Source: Porphyridium purpureum
Lineage: Eukaryota
Assembly (NCBI GenBank): GCA_008690995.1
Contig: VRMN01000006.1
Location: 248,001 to 312,000, forward strand
DNA: 64,000 bases
Reading direction: 5' to 3'
Shown here: positions 30,949 through 41,203 of the stretch, one piece after another
How the letters are laid out: each line of letters starts with the position of its first letter
Numbering within the stretch: position 1 is the first letter of the stretch
Made by a program: the position numbers and the translations under genes
The notes under the pieces: generated by a model
Database searches by the model: none
What the model was told of the DNA's origin: nothing
What the model saw: only the letters and a program-made list of their open reading frames with translations

Positions 30949-32898
30949 CTAGCTGCGGAAATTGAAAACGTCCACACGGCCATACTTCTGAAGACGATCT
31001 TCTTGAAATTCTTTCCAAAACAAGTAGTAGATCGAAATGGCCAGCAGCAATAGCAGCACGCACAGAGCAATCACCACGCCAAGCATTTGGCCGCCGCGCC
31101 GTTGCGTGAAATATTCGATCCACCACGAGCCCGTTTGCACAGCATCCTGAGGCCATACGACTACCACTGAATTTGGCATGAGATTTTCCCAGGACCGAGT
31201 ATACTTGCCCGTGCCCAAAGCTACCTGCTCAATGTAGTTCGAGATCCGAACAAGGCCGAAAAAGCAGTTGCATGTTTGCAACGCGAGAAAGGACGACTCT
31301 GGGCACTGGCTGCACGCAAGCAGCACGTGGCTTTCCGGAGTCGCAAACGACAGCTTGAAGGTGGCGCCAGGCACTGGAGCAAATGGAGGCGGCTTTCGTC
31401 CGAAATAAGGTAAAGCGCTGAGTGCTGTACCCTTGAAGAAGAGCGACTCTGCTTTCTGAATGTAATTGTTCCAAATCAGGCGCATCTTTCCTGACTTTGT
31501 CAACACCAAAATATCCTGGCGTCCTGACTCATCCGTATCAAAAAAGCAAGCTGCAATAGCATTCTTCCCGGAATCTTTGAGGACCGAGTCACTCTCAAAC
31601 GGCTTGAAAAGCGCGACGTCTTTATCTCCTCGCTGTGCCTTGCCCCACCGCCCCGTGTTCCCGTATAAAACGACAGCATCTCCTTCTCCTACCACAACAA
31701 GATCGGGGAGTCCGTCATAGTTAAAGTCGCCCACACGCAAGGTCGGCGGCACGCGAAACGAGTTGCTAAGCTCCGACGCGATGACTGTGGCGTCTGTGGC
31801 GGCAACGAGTCGGTTCAGCGCCCAGTGGGGATCTGGCTCACAAAGTTGGCCATACGTACGTATTCGCTGCACATTCACAAGCACATTGATGGTGTTTTGC
31901 CGCACGTTGTGAAATGCAATGTCAATGGTGCCGTCGCCATTGAAGTCGGCGAATGCGAGACGCCCGTCGCCGCGGTTTGGGTCCCAGACGGAGCTCCCGA
32001 TCAGCTTGTAAGTGCTTGACGCCGTTGTTACGTCAGCAAATGAGCCCTGTGGCCCAGCATTGAGCCACACGTGCAAACCACACGAGGATGGAATGAGCAA
32101 GTCGGGCAGGCAATCGCCGTTCAGGTCGACAAAGGCCGGCGAGGCATCATTCACTACACTGCACGAAGTCCACAGGTTCTGATTCCATGGCGTCGTCCGC
32201 CACATGCCTGGGTCGTCCAGCGCTGTGTGAAGCACGGCTCCGCGGTTGGGAATGATGGACAGAATGTCTGGCTTGAGGTCGCCGTTCGCGTCGAAAATTA
32301 AAAAGTTGGGCGACATCTGCGACAAAGTCTTCATATCAGATGAAGACACGTTCCCTGGCATGCCAGCGGCTGTATCATCAAAATCTGAAGTAAAAGATCC
32401 GCTCCCGTCCCCGTAAAATATGAAGGCCTGTGCGTTGTCTGCAACCGCCAGAATATCTAGAATGCCGTCATTGTTGAAGTCCGCGGACGCGACACTTGCG
32501 AGGGATAATGATGCGCGCGGCAACTGAATGCCATTCTTCTGGACAAATCTAAAGTTCTCGTGATCCCAGACCGCTACCAATGCGCCTTGCATGGCTTGGG
32601 GATTCACGAGCACAAGATCTAGGAACATGTCTCGACTAAAGTCCCCGAACGCTACCAAGGCGCCAACATCGCCCAGCTGATCCAGACCTACGTACGCGGT
32701 CTGGTCGGAGAAACCTTCCGGTGTCAGCACAGGGGCGCCCCGCTCTCCGGCTGCTCGAAGCAAACTTGACGAATGAACCTCACTTTTACACACGGAACTT
32801 TGCAGCTCCAAACACAGCACCAGCGAGCACAGAAACAATCTCCATGGCAGGCTGCGGCGCCACGATCGCGGTGCCAGTCTCCAGAAAGTCAACTCCAT
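30949..32898 (-). CDS. ITFG1: T-cell immunomodulatory protein/LINKIN-like FG-GAP repeat membrane protein
   Basis: Signal peptide, multiple DFNxDGxxD FG-GAP repeats, FFDTDESGRQDIL, C-terminal TM and short KEFQED..FNF tail. Likely ATG at 32898. Confidence 0.85.
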   Translation of the reverse strand: MELTFWRLAPRSWRRSLPWRLFLCSLVLCLELQSSVCKSEVHSSSLLRAAGERGAPVLTPEGFSDQTAYVGLDQLGDVGALVAFGDFSRDMFLDLVLVNPQAMQGALVAVWDHENFRFVQKNGIQLPRASLSLASVASADFNNDGILDILAVADNAQAFIFYGDGSGSFTSDFDDTAAGMPGNVSSSDMKTLSQMSPNFLIFDANGDLKPDILSIIPNRGAVLHTALDDPGMWRTTPWNQNLWTSCSVVNDASPAFVDLNGDCLPDLLIPSSCGLHVWLNAGPQGSFADVTTASSTYKLIGSSVWDPNRGDGRLAFADFNGDGTIDIAFHNVRQNTINVLVNVQRIRTYGQLCEPDPHWALNRLVAATDATVIASELSNSFRVPPTLRVGDFNYDGLPDLVVVGEGDAVVLYGNTGRWGKAQRGDKDVALFKPFESDSVLKDSGKNAIAACFFDTDESGRQDILVLTKSGKMRLIWNNYIQKAESLFFKGTALSALPYFGRKPPPFAPVPGATFKLSFATPESHVLLACSQCPESSFLALQTCNCFFGLVRISNYIEQVALGTGKYTRSWENLMPNSVVVVWPQDAVQTGSWWIEYFTQRRGGQMLGVVIALCVLLLLLAISIYYLFWKEFQEDRLQKYGRVDVFNFRS

Positions 32899-33088
32899 CC
32901 TTGTCCGTGCCCGAGCCCACGCATGGTGGTATTCGCCCCGCACACAAGCGTTGCAGCGCTGCTGTCTCTGCTTCTGTGCGATGAAGAAGTCGAAAATGTC
33001 GGCGCACCCACTGTACTTTGCGGCTTGCGTTCTTCCGCGGAAGCCGCAGAGGTCGCGCGAGCCACCGCCGCTTCTGAGAATGAGAGGG

Positions 33089-33097
33089 AGACAACGA

Positions 33098-33130
<33 letters not shown>

Positions 33131-33160
33131 CAACAGCAACAGAGACAGAGACAGAGACAA
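33089..33160 (+). repeat. Compound hexanucleotide microsatellite (CGACAG)6(CAACAG)2(AGACAG)n
   Basis: Read directly from the sequence, upstream of the ITFG1-like gene. Confidence 0.9.
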
Positions 33161-33382
33161 GGACCTGCGGGAGCCGGTATCTGCGCCAATCTTGCCTCCG
33201 TCCGCTGGACAAAAATACTGGGCGGTATCCGAATAAAATAGCACCGATTTACTTTTCATTGGACTTTCGGCCAACTTTTTGAACGCCACAGTGTGCGAAA
33301 GACATTCACGATTCTGTGGAAGTTGGCCAGTCGCTGCACACGAACAAGACAGACTCAAAACTCTTCCTCTCCACACACTGCA

Positions 33383-34817
33383 TTACATCGAAGCAGACGA
33401 GAGGATCTTGCCTGATTCAACAGAGTGTGTTTTGGCGAACGAATTGATACGCCGCTCCAGTTCTGGCCGGAAGTGGCGGATCAGACCCTGCACAGGCCAC
33501 GCTGCGGCATCACCCAGCGCGCAGATAGTGTGTCCTTCGATCTGCTTGGTGATTTCCCAAAGCATGTCAATTTCCTCGGCCTTGGCGTCGCCCTTCTCCA
33601 TGCGCTTCAGTACCTTCCACAGCCATCCGGTACCTTCACGGCACGGTGTGCACTGACCGCACGACTCGTGCTTGTAAAAGTACGAAAGGCGCGCAATTGC
33701 GGCCACAATGTCGGTGCTCTTGTCCATCACTATCACTGCGGCCGTGCCCAGACCGGACTGAACTTCCTTGAGAGCGTCAAAGTCCATCAGCACGTCCGAG
33801 CATGTCGACAGCGGAAGAACTGGTACTGACGAGCCACCCGGTATCACGCCCAGCAAGTTGTCCCAGCCACCGCGCACGCCCCCACAGTGCTTCTCCAGCA
33901 GCTCTCGGAGCGGAATGCTCATTTCCTCCTCCACGGTAATTGGGTTGTTCACATGGCCTGACACACAAAACAGCTTGGTTCCGGCATTGTTCTTGCGTCC
34001 GAACGAGTTGAACCAGGATGCACCGCGCCGATGGATCGTAGGTTGCACCGCGACCGTCTCGACGTTAGTCACTGTGGTGGGACACCCATACAGACCAATG
34101 TTCGCGGGGAACGGCGGCTTCAGTCGCGGCTTGCCCTGCTTGCCCTCGAGGCTTTCGATGAGTGCTGTTTCCTCTCCGCAAATGTACGCGCCAGCGCCGT
34201 GGACGACGTGCAGGTCAAAGTCGTATCCGCTTCCTGCGGCGTTCTTTCCGAGAAGACCCGCGGCGTACGCTTCGTCACGCGCCTTCTCGAGCGCTTTACG
34301 CTCATTGATAAACTCGCCGCGCACGTAGATGTATCCGACGCGCGCGTACATGCTTGCACCCGCGACGAGAGCGCCCTCCAAAAGCTTGTGTGGCTCGGAG
34401 CGCATAATCTCGCGGTCCTTGCACGTGCCCGGCTCCGACTCGTCCGCGTTGATGACCAGGTAATTGATGGGGCGCTCAGCTGTTGGCTTGGGATTGAAGC
34501 TCATCTTCATCCCGGTCGGAAACCCTGCGCCGCCGCGCCCGCGCAGGCCAGACTCCTTTAGGCTCGCGATCAACCAGTCATGGCCCTTGGCCACAATATC
34601 CTTTGTGCGGTACCAATCCCCGCGCTTCATGGCGCCCTTCAGCGACGTGTCGTGGAGCCCGTAAATGTTCTGGAAGATGCGATCCTGGTCCTTGGCCCGC
34701 CGTACGCGCGCGCGTGCGCGACGCCCGCCACTGCTCCTTGGCCGCCTCTGGCGCCGCCGCAGCCGCCGCCAGGCCGCGGCGCGGAACCTGCCGCAACACT
34801 CCTCCGGGCACCGTCAT
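33383..34817 (-). CDS. NDUFV1: NADH:ubiquinone oxidoreductase 51-kDa flavoprotein subunit; two frame breaks at the 5' end
   Basis: [51 protein letters not shown]. The presequence [16 protein letters not shown] (ATG 34817), RAYGG and KDQDRIF each lie in a different frame. Confidence 0.96.
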
Positions 34818-34909
34818 CTTTTCCTCGCACGTTTCCCACCTTATGCCGCGCTCCCGCTCTCCCCCCGCATTCCACCCGTTTCTCCCCGTGCTGCCGCCCA
34901 GCACAAGAA

Positions 34910-34948
34910 CTAGGGTATGTACAGTGTACCTACTGTACCGTAGGGTTT
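34910..34948. promoter_or_regulatory. GTAC cluster + telo-box in the NDUFV1/SfsA bidirectional promoter
   Basis: GTACAGT at 34919, GTGTAC at 34924, ACTGTAC at 34932, TAGGGTTT at 34941. Confidence 0.5.
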
Positions 34949-35038
34949 CGCGCGAGCGCGAGTGAGCGAACGATTGGCGCTGGTGGCAGCTGGAAGAGGG
35001 AGAAGACGTGAACGGTGGCACGTTGTCGTGGCCGGTCC

Positions 35039-36145
35039 ATGGTTCTGACGCGACGCGCCGCGCAAAAGGGCGCGGCGTTCGTTGGTGGCTCGGCGCTGGC
35101 GCGAGCGGGCCATGGTCGCGCTGAGAGTCTTGCGAAAAGCGGCGTGAAGCGCAGTGCAAACGCGCGTGGCTTGGTGCAAGGTCATAGGCGGAAGATTCAG
35201 GTAGTGGCAGGCGTGGAGGTGGTAAAGGCGGGCGAACTGCAGGATGCTGTGGATGCAGTTGAGAAGAAGGCAGTGCCAGTAGCTGGCAGGTGGCGCATTT
35301 TCAGCGGGGAGCTGGAACCCGCAGTGTTTGTACAGCGCCCATCGGCGCGCAATAGAAGCCCGTATGTCGCTGACGTGCGACTCGAGTCGGGCCGAATCGC
35401 GATCGCCCACGTGCCCTGCCTCGAGCTGGGCGGAAAGTGCGTGCCTGGTGCGCGCGTGCTGGTCGCACCAATGCTGGATAAGAAGAATAACCGCGTCGGT
35501 GCCGACGCCGTCAGCAACAAGTTTGGAACGCCAAAGTGCGAGTTCAGCGTCAAATTTGTATACTACACAGACGACGTCAATGCTGCAGCGGGCGGTACGC
35601 TCGTCGGGGCGGACCCGCAATTTGGCGAAAAAGTTGCCCGACTCGTCGTGGAGGAGACGACGCTGTTTGGCTCCGACATTGTCGAGATCCAGACCCAAGT
35701 TCCAGATATCATGGGACCTGGCACGCGATGCGACTTTGTTCTGACACATAAGGACAATTCCAGAACTGTACTGGAGACCAAAATGGTCGTGGACGCGGAC
35801 AATGATCCCGCCGGACGCTGTGCCGTGTTTCCTTGGGGCAAGCGAGCTCAAAAGGGTCCCGACGGCGAAAAGGTCGTTTCTGCCCGAGCGATCCACCATG
35901 TTCAGTGCCTGACCCGGCTCATGGAACGCAGAAAAGAATCTGGCAGTGGCGTCCGAGCGGCGCTGATGCTTGCGGTTGTGCGAGACGACACGGTCAGGTT
36001 CCGGCCCGACGCAGAAAAATGTCCATCCTTTGCGAAGTATCTCACGGCTGGGGTGCAGGCTGGCGTGGATGTGCGAGCATTTGCTGTCCGCTGCCACGAG
36101 GATGGCACTGTGACCGCGCTTGGGGAAATTCCGTTGCAGGTATAA
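35039..36145 (+). CDS. sfsA: SfsA-like (sugar fermentation stimulation) OB-fold + PD-(D/E)xK nuclease-fold protein
   Basis: FVQRPSARNRSPYVADV, AHVPCL, TRCDFVL..VLETK, VFPWG, SARAIHHV, FRPD; basic N-terminal extension. Confidence 0.85.
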   Translation: MVLTRRAAQKGAAFVGGSALARAGHGRAESLAKSGVKRSANARGLVQGHRRKIQVVAGVEVVKAGELQDAVDAVEKKAVPVAGRWRIFSGELEPAVFVQRPSARNRSPYVADVRLESGRIAIAHVPCLELGGKCVPGARVLVAPMLDKKNNRVGADAVSNKFGTPKCEFSVKFVYYTDDVNAAAGGTLVGADPQFGEKVARLVVEETTLFGSDIVEIQTQVPDIMGPGTRCDFVLTHKDNSRTVLETKMVVDADNDPAGRCAVFPWGKRAQKGPDGEKVVSARAIHHVQCLTRLMERRKESGSGVRAALMLAVVRDDTVRFRPDAEKCPSFAKYLTAGVQAGVDVRAFAVRCHEDGTVTALGEIPLQV

Positions 36146-36320
36146 ATCGTGTCGAGCGTCAATTTTGCAAACGAGCCTCCTTTTCTTATTTTGTACGACT
36201 AGAAAATTCGTTCCTTTCCTTTCATACGATGCTTGAAATCGCTCGGCGCGGCGCTTGCGGCGAATCCAAAGTTTCCAATCCGCGCATGCATCTTTGCACG
36301 GCGCTCGATGATGCTGCAAC

Positions 36321-36749
36321 TCACCGAAACTCGCTTGGCATTCGCATGCCGATCGCCTTCTCCATCTGCTCGTGCATGCCAATCACCGGCAGATCGGGTC
36401 TTTCTGAGGGCAGGTTCATGTAGTCGGCAAAGTCAATCTTCAGGTCGGTGTTGTTCAAAAACTCCAGCGCGAGGTGGCTGGAGGGCAACCCGGGCAGCCT
36501 GTGGAACTGGGACACAATCTGCCTCTCCATCTCCATGCGCATGGGCATGTGAATTCCGTACAGATCCGCGAGCGCGGCGTCGCGCGTCTCGCGCGCCTGG
36601 CGCTCGCTCATGTGCTCAATCCGCTGCACGGGATGCACCACCGTGGCGTCCATCACATACGAACCGAACGGCCGCGCCTCTACTCCCACCTGCGCGGGCG
36701 CCTTTTGCGCGCCCGCCTCCACCCGCGTCTTTGCCGAAGCCACCTCCAT
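36321..36749 (-). CDS. UMP1: Proteasome maturation factor UMP1/POMP
   Basis: HPVQ..LYGIHMPMRMEME..RLPGLPSSHLALEFL..IDFADYMN. Confidence 0.92.
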   Translation of the reverse strand: MEVASAKTRVEAGAQKAPAQVGVEARPFGSYVMDATVVHPVQRIEHMSERQARETRDAALADLYGIHMPMRMEMERQIVSQFHRLPGLPSSHLALEFLNNTDLKIDFADYMNLPSERPDLPVIGMHEQMEKAIGMRMPSEFR

Positions 36750-37051
36750 CCTACCTCTCTGTCTCCCCCTCTCTCTCCCCCTCTCTCTCTCTTTCTCCCC
36801 TCTCCTTCTCCCTCTCCACTGTTCCTACTTCATCCAACTTGCTGGCACTGTACCTTGCTGAACCATATCGCTTTTTTCGGACTTTCCCGTCACCTTTTCA
36901 AACCGTTTTCACACCAAATCCAGACGCACAGGCCAGTTTTCCGAACTATGAAAACGGCAGAACGCCGCCGAATTTTGATGATTGTGTCCATGTTTAGTGA
37001 GGAAGTGCGCAACATCGGCGTGTTTTCGGGTCGCATTCGTCGTGAATTCAG

Positions 37052-38701
37052 ATGTGGTTAGAATTTCGGTGCCAATTTTGGATTGTGCGCGTGATTTGGC
37101 GTTCGTGGTTGGCGGGACAGCGAGAGAAGGACATGGGGTTGGAGGGGAACGAGGGACAGTGTGCGAGAGAGAGAGAGACACGAGCTGCGAAGGAGAGAGA
37201 CGCTGAGGGAATGGCGATGCTCGCGCAGCGCGACAGCGGAAGTGCACGGTCCGGAGCATGTGCCGCTGGGTGCACGGCAGGATGGCGGAATCGCGCGGTA
37301 CGCGCCGCGTGGATGGCCGTCGTGGTCGCTGCGGCGCTGCTGCTGAGTGTGGGTGTCGTGGAGACCGCGCTGGATATGCGCGGGCAGCAGGGAACGCAGC
37401 ATTGGCTCAAGTCTGAGCATGCATGGATGCGGGCGGACGCGCAAAATAGTCTCGCTTCCATGGCCTCAGGGGTTCCAGACGCGCGCCGAAACGCTCGCGC
37501 CTTGTTGCAGGCGGCCCCGCCGGCATCAGAGACGCAGAGGAATCAACTAGGGGAGCCGACCCGGTACGTCATGTCACTCATGCAGATGACCGGGCTGCTT
37601 CTTGTCCTTGTCTCTGGCTGGCAGCTGGCAAAGCGCTTTGCGTCCGACTCGCTCTCTGCAATGCTGGAATCGCAGAGGTTCGGCTACGCCATGTACGCGT
37701 TATTGTCGCTCGTGTTCTCCGTCTTTGTCACCAGCAATCTGATGCTGCTGTCTGACCTTGAGGCGCTCAGCATGGTTCGCTTTCTTCAATTCTTTTTTGC
37801 CGGCGGAATCTGCGCCTTCATCACGCACGCAGCGTGCACGCCGCTGGATGTGGTCAAGACACGGCTGCAGACATCAGCGTCCGATAAGTATTCGGGATCT
37901 ATCCAGTGCTTGAACTCGATCATCAAGGAGGAAGGCCCAGGTGCGCTTTTGACCGGGCTCGGAGCCACGGCGACAGGATATTTTTTGCATGGCGCATTCA
38001 AGTACTCGTTTTACGAGATGTTCAAGCTCATCTTGATCCCGGATGTCGCGGCTGCTACGTTGAAGCCCCCGCTACGCATAGCCGCCATGGCGGGCTTTCT
38101 GGCAGAGTGCGTCGCCTCGCTTTTGCTGTGCCCAATGGAGGCCATTCGCATTCGGTCCGTGGCCGATCCGTCCTTCCCGGGCGGTGTCCTTTCCGGGCTC
38201 CGAACCATCTTCAAGTTGGAAGGGCTCGAAGGCTTGTACAAGGGCCTTCCGTCCATTTTGCTCAAGCAGGTGCCGTACACTGTGGGCCAGTTCGTAGCGT
38301 TTGAGTTTGCGGTGAAGCTCGTGAAGCTGATCGCCGAGTTGGTATTGGGGGGCTTGGAGTCGATCTCAGGGACGGGTGCCGCACTTATCTCTCTCGCCGC
38401 CGGTATTCTGGCAGGCATGATTGCCGGCGTACTCTCGCATCCAGGTGACACCATCCTTAGCAAAATTAACCAGGAGACTTCGTCATCTGAAAGCAGCACT
38501 GGCCTAGAGCACATCGTGAGCATTTGCCGGAAGCTCGGCCTCAGCGGCTTGTTCCTAGGCCTCGGCACGCGGCTCATACAGGTCGCACTTATGATTGGTG
38601 GGCAGTTCCTAATCTACGACACCGTGAAAATGCTGTGCGGCATCAAAATCGCATCTGCGGCAACCACCGCGGAAGTCAAGGCCGTGCAGAAAGGGCGGTG
38701 A
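37052..38701 (+). CDS. SLC25A3: Mitochondrial carrier family phosphate carrier with long N-terminal membrane extension
   Basis: THAACTPLDVVKTRLQ, GAFKYSFYEMFK, LLCPMEAIRIR, KQVPYT and SHPGDTILSKIN are PiC signatures. The start is uncertain. Confidence 0.85.
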   Translation: MWLEFRCQFWIVRVIWRSWLAGQREKDMGLEGNEGQCARERETRAAKERDAEGMAMLAQRDSGSARSGACAAGCTAGWRNRAVRAAWMAVVVAAALLLSVGVVETALDMRGQQGTQHWLKSEHAWMRADAQNSLASMASGVPDARRNARALLQAAPPASETQRNQLGEPTRYVMSLMQMTGLLLVLVSGWQLAKRFASDSLSAMLESQRFGYAMYALLSLVFSVFVTSNLMLLSDLEALSMVRFLQFFFAGGICAFITHAACTPLDVVKTRLQTSASDKYSGSIQCLNSIIKEEGPGALLTGLGATATGYFLHGAFKYSFYEMFKLILIPDVAAATLKPPLRIAAMAGFLAECVASLLLCPMEAIRIRSVADPSFPGGVLSGLRTIFKLEGLEGLYKGLPSILLKQVPYTVGQFVAFEFAVKLVKLIAELVLGGLESISGTGAALISLAAGILAGMIAGVLSHPGDTILSKINQETSSSESSTGLEHIVSICRKLGLSGLFLGLGTRLIQVALMIGGQFLIYDTVKMLCGIKIASAATTAEVKAVQKGR

Positions 38702-38847
38702 ACACATCAAACACAGCTCCAGCGCCTAATGTATCTCTTCTTTGGTTAACAGAAAATTTAAGGAAAACGCCCCACACACGAGCACGAGGAATCTTGTCGC
38801 GGCGGGCGTGCGCGTGATTCCGACAGCGCGCGCGCTTCCTGGCCGCC

Positions 38848-39927
38848 ATGACCGTTGTCGTTGTGGGCAGTGTCAATGTCGACTTTGTGGCAAATGTGGC
38901 GCGCTTCCCTCGCCGAGCGGAAACCATCACGGCCACCAAGAATTTGGAGTTGAGCTGCGGCGGTAAAGGGGCGAATCAGTGTGTGGCGGCCCGTCGCTTA
39001 CTGTCGAAAGCAACGGACAGTAAAAGCTCGAATGGCGATGCCGTTGTGTACTTCGCCGCGTGTGTAGGTAGGGATGAGTTTGCAGCGACCGCGCTTCGCA
39101 ACCTCAAGGAGAACGGCGTGGATCTCGGCTGCGTCCACCACGAGGAAGATGTGCGTACCGGCTGTGCGTTCATTTTGGTCGAAGAAGAAACCGGCGAGAA
39201 CACGATCACTGTCGTGCCGGGTGCGAATTATGCGTTCCATCCTACGTATGTCATGCGCGAACCGCTGCAGCGCTTCATCGAAGAAGCGCGCGTCATCTTA
39301 CTGCAACTGGAAATTCCGCTCGAGACTGTGCTCGCGACGGCCAGTCTGGCTACTACCAGCGCCCATAGCACGCTGATCCTCAACCCAGCGCCCTTCCCGA
39401 CGGGCGACGAAGGACTACCGCTGCAACTGTTAGAATGCGTCGACGTGCTCGTCGTGAATGAGGTAGAAGCACAGTCCCTCGCATCCACTGTGCACACAGC
39501 AAGCAGTGCGTCCGATCTGCCACTTCTTGCAGCGAGTTTGACCAGACGCCTGCATGAGTTTGTCGGCAGGGAGATGTGTCTTTTTCTGACCGCAGGATCG
39601 CGTGGCGTCTTTTTGTGCACGGGAGATGATGCCTTTTGCGTCATCCACATAGCTGCTGTTGACTTGGCGAGCGCGGGGCTCACTGCCATAAACTCTGTCG
39701 GAGCAGGTGATACCTTTTGCGGCGCGCTGGGCGCGTACCTGCAAGAAAACCCTCTAGATGCAGCAAGCGAGTCCAGCCTAGACTATTTTACACGCGCGGC
39801 TCGATTTGCCAGCGCAGCAGCGGCAATCTCGGTCACGCGTCATGGCGCGCAAGAGTCGATGCCTGAAAAGGCCGAGGTCGAACAATTGCTTGCGTCGCTG
39901 CCGTACGACAAAGCAACCCGCATTTGA
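38848..39927 (+). CDS. rbsK: Ribokinase (PfkB family)
   Basis: VVGSVNVD, GGKGANQ, GENTITVVPGAN, LLQLEIP, LNPAP, NEVEA, GAGDTFCG, GAQESMP. Confidence 0.93.
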   Translation: MTVVVVGSVNVDFVANVARFPRRAETITATKNLELSCGGKGANQCVAARRLLSKATDSKSSNGDAVVYFAACVGRDEFAATALRNLKENGVDLGCVHHEEDVRTGCAFILVEEETGENTITVVPGANYAFHPTYVMREPLQRFIEEARVILLQLEIPLETVLATASLATTSAHSTLILNPAPFPTGDEGLPLQLLECVDVLVVNEVEAQSLASTVHTASSASDLPLLAASLTRRLHEFVGREMCLFLTAGSRGVFLCTGDDAFCVIHIAAVDLASAGLTAINSVGAGDTFCGALGAYLQENPLDAASESSLDYFTRAARFASAAAAISVTRHGAQESMPEKAEVEQLLASLPYDKATRI

Positions 39928-39944
39928 GCGCGCCCCATCGTGCC

Positions 39945-41090
39945 TCACTGTAAACTGATTCTTTCCAAATTTTCATGATCTATGCTGTGTTCGCTCAGCA
40001 CCGCGTCCAGGCTACGTGTTGAGCCATTGAATGAGGCAGTTCTGTCGATTTCCTGTCTGCTAGACTCGTCCTTGATTCTGTCTCGCTCTTCGCGATGGCG
40101 GATCTTCGCCCAATTCAACGTCATCTGCTGTCCCGTCACGTAGTAAGTTTGGAAGCTGCTAAAAATGGACCGGATCGTTTCTAAATGTACTGTGCAATGC
40201 GCCGCAATCCGTCCTGGTAGCTCGGAGCGAAACAAGTTGTCATACTTCTTCGCGGTGCCGCGCAGGATGTCCGAGACTTCGTCGTAAGCTTCCTTTTTGG
40301 CATGCAGTCGCTCGAGCGATGAGGGCTTATTTTTCTGCTGCTCAGCGTCAATCACGGCGTCCGAGTAATGCGTGCGGGCGACTTTGTACTTCTCCTTGGC
40401 TTTGGTAATCTCCTTGAGCAGTTTTTCCTCCTCATCGTGGCTCACCAGAAGTGGCCGCTCCACCAGGTCCACCACTTGCTTTCGCACGGTGGTCACCGCG
40501 TTCTCCATTTCCTGCCTGAGAAGCGCAACCGCATCTTGCATTTCGGCCATAGCCTGGGGCTCATCCTGGACCATAATGCGGGTGTAGGCCATGTTCACTT
40601 CATCCCACTGGGGAGTACCCAGCTCCTCCTGCCACGCATCCACGAGCTCCAGCTGCAAGTCCGTCATGGCCTGCACCATTTTGGCCGTGGCATCCACGAA
40701 GCTCTCCTGCAGCACTGCGATCTTTTTCTTGCGCATTTTGATCGCGTCGATCTTGAGCAGCAACGAGTCCACCCGCGGATTACGTGTGTGTGTCGTCTTC
40801 TTCCCGATGGTCGTAAAAATGCGCTCCTTGGCCTTTCGCACGTACGACACGCCGGGCTTCTTGCTCGTGTGCGACTTTGCCTGTGCCTCCTCCGCCTGGC
40901 GCAAGTCCATTGACGACGTTGTCGAGCTGGCGTTCACCTCATCTGGCTCATGCAGCGACGCTCGATGTGCCGTGTAGCCTTCGTGCAGAGACGACATCCG
41001 GAGCACCTGCACCTGGTCTTCCGCGCCCATGACGACACCGTCGTCAGCGCTCTCCTCCGTGCCCATGCTTGCCGCTGGGCCCGACGACAT
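39945..41090 (-). CDS. Arfaptin-homology/BAR domain protein
   Basis: Helical coiled-coil domain; KERIFTTIGKKTTHTRN and KYKVARTHYSDA resemble AH/BAR segments. First ATG at 41090. Confidence 0.55.
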   Translation of the reverse strand: MSSGPAASMGTEESADDGVVMGAEDQVQVLRMSSLHEGYTAHRASLHEPDEVNASSTTSSMDLRQAEEAQAKSHTSKKPGVSYVRKAKERIFTTIGKKTTHTRNPRVDSLLLKIDAIKMRKKKIAVLQESFVDATAKMVQAMTDLQLELVDAWQEELGTPQWDEVNMAYTRIMVQDEPQAMAEMQDAVALLRQEMENAVTTVRKQVVDLVERPLLVSHDEEEKLLKEITKAKEKYKVARTHYSDAVIDAEQQKNKPSSLERLHAKKEAYDEVSDILRGTAKKYDNLFRSELPGRIAAHCTVHLETIRSIFSSFQTYYVTGQQMTLNWAKIRHREERDRIKDESSRQEIDRTASFNGSTRSLDAVLSEHSIDHENLERISLQ

Positions 41091-41203
41091 TGTCCCTCCT
41101 CCGCACGTCCTTCCAGCTGCCGCCACGCTCCGCCTCCGTTCTGTCTCACAACGCGTCCCGCCGACGAAGGAATCGCAGAGGCTGAAACGTGAGCACGGAA
41201 GAA

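Noticed and set aside
32899..33189. Cys-rich N-terminal extension (CLCLCCCCRCRC) of the ITFG1-like ORF
   Set aside because: It is the translation of the hexanucleotide microsatellite from a non-ATG start; the signal peptide begins at ATG 32898.
34910..36382. 490-aa minus-strand ORF
   Set aside because: Antisense shadow of the SfsA-like gene with no motifs; expected in GC-rich coding DNA.
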